Program-made: the position numbers and the translations under genes | Part shown: positions 57,778-64,000 of the stretch, in pieces | Numbering within the stretch: position 1 is the first letter of the stretch | Layout: every line of letters begins with the position of its first letter | The notes under the pieces: model-generated | What the model was told of the DNA's origin: nothing | What the model saw: the letters and a program-made list of their open reading frames with translations, nothing else | Databases searched by the model: none | Source of the DNA: Patescibacteria group bacterium | Lineage (GTDB): Bacteria > Patescibacteriota > Minisyncoccia > Phycocordibacterales > UBA9973 | DNA: 64,000 nt | Direction of reading: 5' to 3' | Assembly (NCBI GenBank): GCA_040388095.1 | Contig: JAZKCM010000002.1 | Span: 7,264-71,263 of the forward strand

Positions 57778-58758
57778 ATGGATCAAATACAATTACAAGA
57801 AAAAATAACAGAATGTTTTATAAAACTTCCAAAAGAAGCCCAAGAGGTATTTTCTAGTATGAAATGGATGGAGACATTAAAAATGATTATTAAAAAATAT
57901 TCATTAACACAAGAACAAGAAAACATAATTGGTACAGAAACAACATTGGTACTTCTTGGAATAATTCACGTAGATGAATATAAAAATATATTAAAAAATG
58001 AAATTTCTCTTTCAGAAGAAACTAAAGAAAAAATAATTCAAGAAATAAATGACACAATCTTAAAACCAATACAAAATGAATTAATAGATACATTTAAAAA
58101 AAATGATAGTGAAACAAACGAAGCAATAGATTTAATAGATTGGAAACAAGCAATATTAGACATAAAAACAAAATATAATTTTAATTTAGAACAACTAGAA
58201 GAGCTAGAAAGAGAAACAAAATTAATATTTTCAGGATCTACTAATCCAGAAAATTTCAAAAAAGAAATTCAAGAAAAAATGCGTTTATCAGGCGAAGAAG
58301 CATCTCAGATAACAAATGAAATGAATGAAAAAGTTTTCAAAAAAATCCGCGATGAATTTGCGAAGATTATGGCATTGCAAAATACGAAAAATCAAAATAC
58401 TACAAAAGAAATAATTCAAAACAAACAAGACACAGATGTTTTAAAACAAGCAGGTATAGAAGTCTTATCTGAAAAGACACAAAACGAAAATAGTGAAAAC
58501 ATTTCTGATCGCGACAGAAGTGATATGCTACAAAAAGTAGAACACCCAGAACTCATAGAGAAAATACCGACACTTACATTACAAAAACTTTCTGGAGCTT
58601 TTAACTTACCAGAAGCAAAGACAGAATATTCTATTGAAAATATAACGAAAGATACAGAAAAGAAAAATATCTCAAATATAGTACCAGTAAAAAAAGATGT
58701 ACCAAAAACAGGAGAAGGGTTACCAAAAATCGATCCTTATAGGATGCCGATAGAATAA
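57778..58758 (+). CDS. Conserved hypothetical protein with duplicated helical domain
   Basis: Two W...(L/I)..I..KY...EQ....ET repeats; C-terminal DPYRMPIE. Confidence 0.7.
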   Translation: MDQIQLQEKITECFIKLPKEAQEVFSSMKWMETLKMIIKKYSLTQEQENIIGTETTLVLLGIIHVDEYKNILKNEISLSEETKEKIIQEINDTILKPIQNELIDTFKKNDSETNEAIDLIDWKQAILDIKTKYNFNLEQLEELERETKLIFSGSTNPENFKKEIQEKMRLSGEEASQITNEMNEKVFKKIRDEFAKIMALQNTKNQNTTKEIIQNKQDTDVLKQAGIEVLSEKTQNENSENISDRDRSDMLQKVEHPELIEKIPTLTLQKLSGAFNLPEAKTEYSIENITKDTEKKNISNIVPVKKDVPKTGEGLPKIDPYRMPIE

Positions 58759-58809
58759 AAACTCAAAAAACACTAGGTATTTGGGCTACACAGATGCTAA
58801 AATAAAGAT

Positions 58810-59238
58810 ATGCAGTTTAAAGTGCCACAATTTTTAGATATAGAAGATAAAATATTTGGACCATTCACATTTAGACAATTTGCATATCTCGCCGGCGGAG
58901 GAGGACTTTGTTTTGTTTTGTATAGAGCATTACCTTTATATATTGGTTTCATTCCAATAGCAATCGTCGCAGGCCTTGCACTTGCTTTATCTTTTTATAA
59001 AGTAAATAACAAACCATTTATTTTCGTTGTTGAATCAGCTTTCAAATATCTTTTTGCAGACAAATTATATATCTGGAAAAGAAGATTGAAGGAAAAGAAT
59101 GAGAAACAAGTAAAAGACACTTCTAGTGAAGAAAACAAAGAAAGGATAGAATCTGCGAGAGCATCAAGATTAAATACAAGCAGACTCAAAGACCTCGCAT
59201 GGAGTCTCGATGTACTCGACATTAAGAAAAACAAATAA
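58810..59238 (+). CDS. PrgI family (VirB3-like) protein
   Basis: VPQFLDIEDKIFGPFTFRQF, 2 TM helices, YIWK. Confidence 0.85.
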   Translation: MQFKVPQFLDIEDKIFGPFTFRQFAYLAGGGGLCFVLYRALPLYIGFIPIAIVAGLALALSFYKVNNKPFIFVVESAFKYLFADKLYIWKRRLKEKNEKQVKDTSSEENKERIESARASRLNTSRLKDLAWSLDVLDIKKNK

Positions 59239-59243
59239 TTATT

Positions 59244-59891
59244 ATGGCATTACTTGCAAGAGCAACTCAAGAGTTTGTACCGATAAAGGAAGTGCGTGAC
59301 GGCATCGTGGTACTTAAAGATGGATCTTTAAAAGCTATTGTCCTTGCGAATTCCATAAATCTATCACTCAAATCAGAAGACGAGCAAAAAGCGACGATTT
59401 TTCAATTTCAATCATTTCTCAACACACTCGATTTTCCAGTGCAAATAGTCATCCAATCAAGACGTCTCGACATACGTCCATATTTACTCTTATTGGAAAA
59501 TAGAATGAAAGCACAAACAGAGCCACTTCTAAAAATACAAACAAAAGAGTATATGGAATTTATTAGAAATTTTACAGAGACGACAAATATTATGACGAAA
59601 AACTTTTTTATCGTCGTACCATATAGTGCCCAGAGTATCGGAGGAAATGAGGATTTCATTAGTAAAATATTTTCTAAAAGAAAAACTGAAGCATTAGAAC
59701 AAGAAGAAAAGCTCGCAGCTTTTGAAGAAAAAAGATCTCAGCTCGATCAACGAGTCGGTGTTATAGAACAAGGACTTGCACGATGTGGAATCAAATCAGT
59801 AGAGCTTGGTACTGAAGAAGTCATAGAAGTGTTCTATAAAGTTTTCAATCCAGGAGAAATAGAAGGGAAGATAAATTTAGAACAAAAATAA
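59244..59891 (+). CDS. T4SS accessory protein (TraC/TcpE-like) upstream of VirB4
   Basis: TQEFVPIKEVRDG, NLSLKSEDEQ, FLNTLDFPVQI. Confidence 0.7.
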   Translation: MALLARATQEFVPIKEVRDGIVVLKDGSLKAIVLANSINLSLKSEDEQKATIFQFQSFLNTLDFPVQIVIQSRRLDIRPYLLLLENRMKAQTEPLLKIQTKEYMEFIRNFTETTNIMTKNFFIVVPYSAQSIGGNEDFISKIFSKRKTEALEQEEKLAAFEEKRSQLDQRVGVIEQGLARCGIKSVELGTEEVIEVFYKVFNPGEIEGKINLEQK

Positions 59892-59916
59892 TATCATTAC
59901 GCTATAATAGACATAT

Positions 59917-61770
59917 ATGGGAATTTTAGACACATTATTTGGAAAAAAGAAAACAGGAGATACTATAGAAAAAAGTGATACACGTGTATCGGCTTTGCCT
60001 GTGCTTCCAGAAGAAATATATGAGTCAGCGACTATGGAGCTTCAAGACATCATCGCTCCTTCAGCTCTTAAAATAGAACCAAAATCAATAAACCTGGGCG
60101 ATAAAATCGCAAGAACATTTTTTGTTATCTCATATCCAAGATTCCTCACAGACAACTGGTTCTCGCCGATTATTAATCTAGACAAAATCTTTGATGTTTC
60201 TATTTTTATAGAACCAATTGATACATCTCTCGCACTCAGACAATTTCAAAACAAAGTAGCTGAAGTACAAAGTCAGATCAATGCACGTGAATCAAAAGGA
60301 ATGGTTCGTGATCCAATGCTCGATACAGCGAATCAAGATTTAGAAAGTTTGAGAGATAGCTTGATGCAGGCACAAGAGAAAATGTTTGATGTTGGTCTGT
60401 ATATCACTATTTATGCAAATACTGATTTGGAGCTTTTTAAAATCGAAAGTGAAATAAAATCAATCCTTGAATCAAAACTCATTTATATAAAACCAGCACT
60501 CTTTCAACAAGATGATGGTTTTAAAAGCGTTATTCCAATAGGAAATGATTTGCTCAATGTGCACCAAAAATTAAATTCTGAACCACTCTCTTCTATCTTT
60601 CCATTCGTTTCTTTCGACCTCACTTCAGACAAAGGAATACTCTATGGTTTAAATAGACACAATTCATCTATGGTTATCTTTGATCGTTTTTCACTTGAGA
60701 ACTATAACTCAGTAACTTTTGCAAAATCAGGATCTGGTAAATCTTACTGTACAAAATTAGAAATCCTTCGCTCTCTTATGTTCGACACTGATGTCATCGT
60801 CATCGACCCTGAAAGGGAATACGAATACCTCGCTGAAGCTGTCGGTGGAAGATATTTTAATATTTCTCTTTCATCAGACCACCATATCAATCCATTCGAT
60901 TTACCAATTCCTCGTGAAGACGAGACAGCGGCTGACGTTCTCCGTTCAAACATCATTAATCTCGTCGGTCTTTTCAGGCTTATGCTCGGAGGTCTTACTC
61001 CAGAAGAAGATTCACTTGTAGACCGAGCCATATCAGAAACATATGCAATCAAAGACATCACACCAGATTCTGATTTCTCAAATATCGAACCGCCACTGCT
61101 TTCTGATTTCGAAATGGTCCTTTCTGGTATGGAGGGAAGTGAATCAGTCATCCAGAGACTCGTGAAATACACTCGTGGTTCTTGGTCTACATTCCTCAAC
61201 AAACCATCAAACGTAGATATTAATAAGAAATTCATTGTTTTTTCTGTGCGTGATATGGAAGATGAACTAAAACCTATTGCAATGTATATCGTTACTCACT
61301 ACATCTGGAATGCAGTAAGAAAAAATCTCAAGAAAAGACTCCTTGTCGTCGATGAAGCTTGGTGGATGATGAAATCTGAAGATACAGCTTCATTCCTCTA
61401 TAGTATTGCAAAACGTGGAAGAAAATATTATCTTGGACTTGCGACGATTACTCAAGATGCGGCAGACTTTATGAAATCTCCTTATGGTGTGCCGATTGTT
61501 ACAAACTCTTCTATTCAAATCCTTCTTAAACAATCTCCAAGTACGATAGATGTCTTGCAAAAGACATTCAACCTTACCGATGAAGAAAAATATCTCTTAC
61601 TTGAATCAGGTGTCGGGGAAGGCATTTTCTTTGCAGGAACAAAACACGTAGCTATCAAAGTTATCGCTTCTTATACAGAAGACCAAATCATCACTTCTGA
61701 CCCATCACAAATACTCAAAATCAAACAAGCAAAAGTAGACTTGGAAGAAGCAGAAGCGGTGAGAAAATAA
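59917..61770 (+). CDS. VirB4-like ATPase
   Basis: Walker A AKSGSGKS, IDPEREY, INPFD, Walker B LVVDEAW, KRGRKY, ITQD. Confidence 0.9.
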   Translation: MGILDTLFGKKKTGDTIEKSDTRVSALPVLPEEIYESATMELQDIIAPSALKIEPKSINLGDKIARTFFVISYPRFLTDNWFSPIINLDKIFDVSIFIEPIDTSLALRQFQNKVAEVQSQINARESKGMVRDPMLDTANQDLESLRDSLMQAQEKMFDVGLYITIYANTDLELFKIESEIKSILESKLIYIKPALFQQDDGFKSVIPIGNDLLNVHQKLNSEPLSSIFPFVSFDLTSDKGILYGLNRHNSSMVIFDRFSLENYNSVTFAKSGSGKSYCTKLEILRSLMFDTDVIVIDPEREYEYLAEAVGGRYFNISLSSDHHINPFDLPIPREDETAADVLRSNIINLVGLFRLMLGGLTPEEDSLVDRAISETYAIKDITPDSDFSNIEPPLLSDFEMVLSGMEGSESVIQRLVKYTRGSWSTFLNKPSNVDINKKFIVFSVRDMEDELKPIAMYIVTHYIWNAVRKNLKKRLLVVDEAWWMMKSEDTASFLYSIAKRGRKYYLGLATITQDAADFMKSPYGVPIVTNSSIQILLKQSPSTIDVLQKTFNLTDEEKYLLLESGVGEGIFFAGTKHVAIKVIASYTEDQIITSDPSQILKIKQAKVDLEEAEAVRK

Positions 61771-61813
61771 TATCCCTAGCATCTCATATAGGGTAAATGA
61801 TATAATAAAAATA

Positions 61814-62773
61814 ATGAAAAATAGGATTTTAATCTCAATCTGTATGTTTGTTTTCGTTATTTTTGCACAACATGCCTTGGCACAGGTAAGTGACACTGAC
61901 ATTGTGTTAAATGTTTCACCTCAAAATACCGTCATCAATGACACGGTCAATGCTACAGTGAGCAGTTATTCAACAGATTTAAATAAATCATATATTACCT
62001 GGTCTTTAAACGGTGAAGAGTTACTGACCGGTATTGGTAAAAAGAATTTTTCTTTTACTATGAAAAATAGCAATGTCACACTCCAAGCAAAAATAAATAC
62101 AATCGATGGACAAAATCTCGTTAAAAGTACGACGATCAATACATCGCAAGTTGATATGCTCTGGGAAGCAGTAGATTCATATGTACCACCTTTTTACAAA
62201 GGTAAAGCGTATGTTTCAAAAGAAGGTTATTTTAAGGTGATCGCAATGCCAAATACTGGAGCAAGTCCTATAAATATCTCATATACGTGGACAAAGGATG
62301 GTAATGGTCAACCAAGCACTTCTGGTTGGGGTAAAAATAGTCTTATTGTGAAGAATACATATTTAGATAAAACAAACAAAATAGAAGTAAATGCTTCCGA
62401 CATATTGGGTAATCAAATAGGAAAAGGAAGTATTGCACTGACACCGATAAATCCAAAAATACTTTTTTATGAAGATGATCCACAAACAGGTTTTCATTTT
62501 GAAAAAGCTTTGGGTAGTGATTTTACTTTAAATAAAAATGAAGATATGTTTTTTGTTGCTCCGTATTTCTTCAATGGAAGTGATTTAGAGAAATCTGACC
62601 TTATTTTTACTTGGGTAGTAAATGGTGAAACCATAGCAAATCCAAACCCAGTAAATATTCTTTCCGTGAAACCAGAAGAAGGGAAGTCAGGAAGTGCAAA
62701 AATAAAAGTCGGCGTAAAAAAAGCAAAGACATTTTTCCAAAATGCAGAAAAAGAATTAAATGTTCAATTTTAA
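61814..62773 (+). CDS. Secreted Ig-like protein
   Basis: Signal peptide; WEAVDSYVPPFYKGKA; repeated (Y/F)TW..(D/N)G. Confidence 0.7.
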   Translation: MKNRILISICMFVFVIFAQHALAQVSDTDIVLNVSPQNTVINDTVNATVSSYSTDLNKSYITWSLNGEELLTGIGKKNFSFTMKNSNVTLQAKINTIDGQNLVKSTTINTSQVDMLWEAVDSYVPPFYKGKAYVSKEGYFKVIAMPNTGASPINISYTWTKDGNGQPSTSGWGKNSLIVKNTYLDKTNKIEVNASDILGNQIGKGSIALTPINPKILFYEDDPQTGFHFEKALGSDFTLNKNEDMFFVAPYFFNGSDLEKSDLIFTWVVNGETIANPNPVNILSVKPEEGKSGSAKIKVGVKKAKTFFQNAEKELNVQF

Positions 62774-62774
62774 A

Positions 62775-64000
62775 ATGAAAAACTTAAAACTTATAATTTT
62801 TTCTCTGTTTTTGTTGTTATCTTTTTTAGGACATAAAGCAGAAGCTGCTGTTAGTTTACAACTTTCAGCTTTAAACATTAGTGGGGTAACAGCAACAGGT
62901 ACATCGACCATGCCTACTTTTAGTTTAATTATTAACACAAATGACCTTTCTGATTTTTCCAGTACTGCGCATTTCGCCATAAATATATTTGATTCATATA
63001 ACACAACAATGCAGACCTTTCCAACAATTGCTTTTGCAAGTGCATTCATAACACCGCAAACAGGAGTACTGCAACAAACAAGAACAATAGCGATAACTCA
63101 AACACTAACAACTAATACAGTTTATTATGCGAGAGTTTTTTATAACAATGGCACAAACCTTGATTTTATATATTCAAATGTAGTTTCTTTTAAATTTGGA
63201 GATGCCAGTTCTGTAAATAATAGTTTTCTTGCAGCAAGTGCAGTGATAAACCCATTGTCTAATGGTTATATTCCAATAATACTTACAGACAATGATTCTT
63301 CTGGAACAGAAAGTGGAAAATGGTGGTTTAAACAAACAAAAGATAGTGAAGCAAAAGGTCCTTTTAGTAGTATAACTGAATGCGAAACAGAAAGAGCAAA
63401 AGGTGATAGCTATAGTGATAAATGTTTCCAATTTTATTATCCTCTTGCACCACTACCATTTCAAGAAGGGAAAGTAGATACAACATCTTCAGATTGTCCT
63501 TTTGGAAATTATTTAAATATTCTCATTAAACTTTTCATCGGTATTTGCGCAGTACTTGCAATGATAAAAATAGTTATTGGTGGAATGCAATATATGACGA
63601 GCGAACTCGCTTCCAGTAAAGAAGACGGGAAAAATAGCATCACGAGTGCTGTCTTTGGTTTGATTCTCGCACTTGGAGCATTTGCAATACTAAATACACT
63701 CAATCCTCAATTACTACAAATATGTTTGAATAACTTACCGAAAGCAGTGGTACAAGTAGAAGAAATTGAGAAAAAAATCTCAAACCAAAGTGGTAACGGT
63801 ACCTGCGCTGTCGTTACTGACCAGAGTAGTCCTTGTTATCCAAGTAAATTAGCAAGTAGCTTCTCTGGATCCACAACTGCTTCTGCACCATTCAATACAC
63901 TAGCAGCTCAAGCATCAGCAATCTGTATGTTAGAAAGTGGAGCAAAAGCTGATATGCCTGCAGGACTTAGTCCTAATATGGTTCTCGATAAATGTTCAGA
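62775..64000 (+). CDS. Secreted protein with VirB2-like T4SS pilin domain and possible lysozyme-like domain, 3'-truncated
   Basis: Hand translation: ...YYPLAPLP...GNYLNILIKLFIGICAVLAMIKIVIGGMQYMTS...GKNSITSAVFGLILALGAFAILNTLNPQLL...ASAICMLESGA; open to the window end. Confidence 0.75.
   Translation, partial: MKNLKLIIFSLFLLLSFLGHKAEAAVSLQLSALNISGVTATGTSTMPTFSLIINTNDLSDFSSTAHFAINIFDSYNTTMQTFPTIAFASAFITPQTGVLQQTRTIAITQTLTTNTVYYARVFYNNGTNLDFIYSNVVSFKFGDASSVNNSFLAASAVINPLSNGYIPIILTDNDSSGTESGKWWFKQTKDSEAKGPFSSITECETERAKGDSYSDKCFQFYYPLAPLPFQEGKVDTTSSDCPFGNYLNILIKLFIGICAVLAMIKIVIGGMQYMTSELASSKEDGKNSITSAVFGLILALGAFAILNTLNPQLLQICLNNLPKAVVQVEEIEKKISNQSGNGTCAVVTDQSSPCYPSKLASSFSGSTTASAPFNTLAAQASAICMLESGAKADMPAGLSPNMVLDKCS

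Noticed and set aside
1-64000. CRISPR array, rRNA, IS transposase
   Set aside because: No regularly spaced repeats, rRNA signatures or transposase motifs seen

Overview
AT-rich bacterial chromosome segment, most likely Patescibacteria/CPR (Parcubacteria-like). This is inferred from the split comEC, an FKBP-less trigger factor, a CPR-type PrgI/VirB4/VirB6/pilin locus and many apparently leaderless genes. Housekeeping genes: rpmB, sod, rnhA, recJ, pgk, tpiA, nusA, ppa, tig, clpP, rny, HU, cca, xth, xer, rpsO, pnp, pcrA, rsmA. Also present: competence genes (comEC x2, comM, yraN), four tRNAs, a parS cluster, a surface-protein operon with a 795-bp internal duplication that looks identical by eye, and a T4SS-like locus running off the right end. 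The most unusual signals are non-coding. (1) Two 120-145 nt structured elements lie behind different tRNAs; each ends in a copy of its own tRNA 3' end and begins with the reverse complement of that copy, around a shared GAAAGG three-way junction. (2) A stand-alone structured RNA candidate at 7306-7538. (3) A set of solitary orphan genes sharing a boxA-like leader and ending at long, nearly loopless palindromes. No CRISPR array, rRNA, transposase or reverse transcriptase was seen. All calls were made by eye, with no database search or folding computation.
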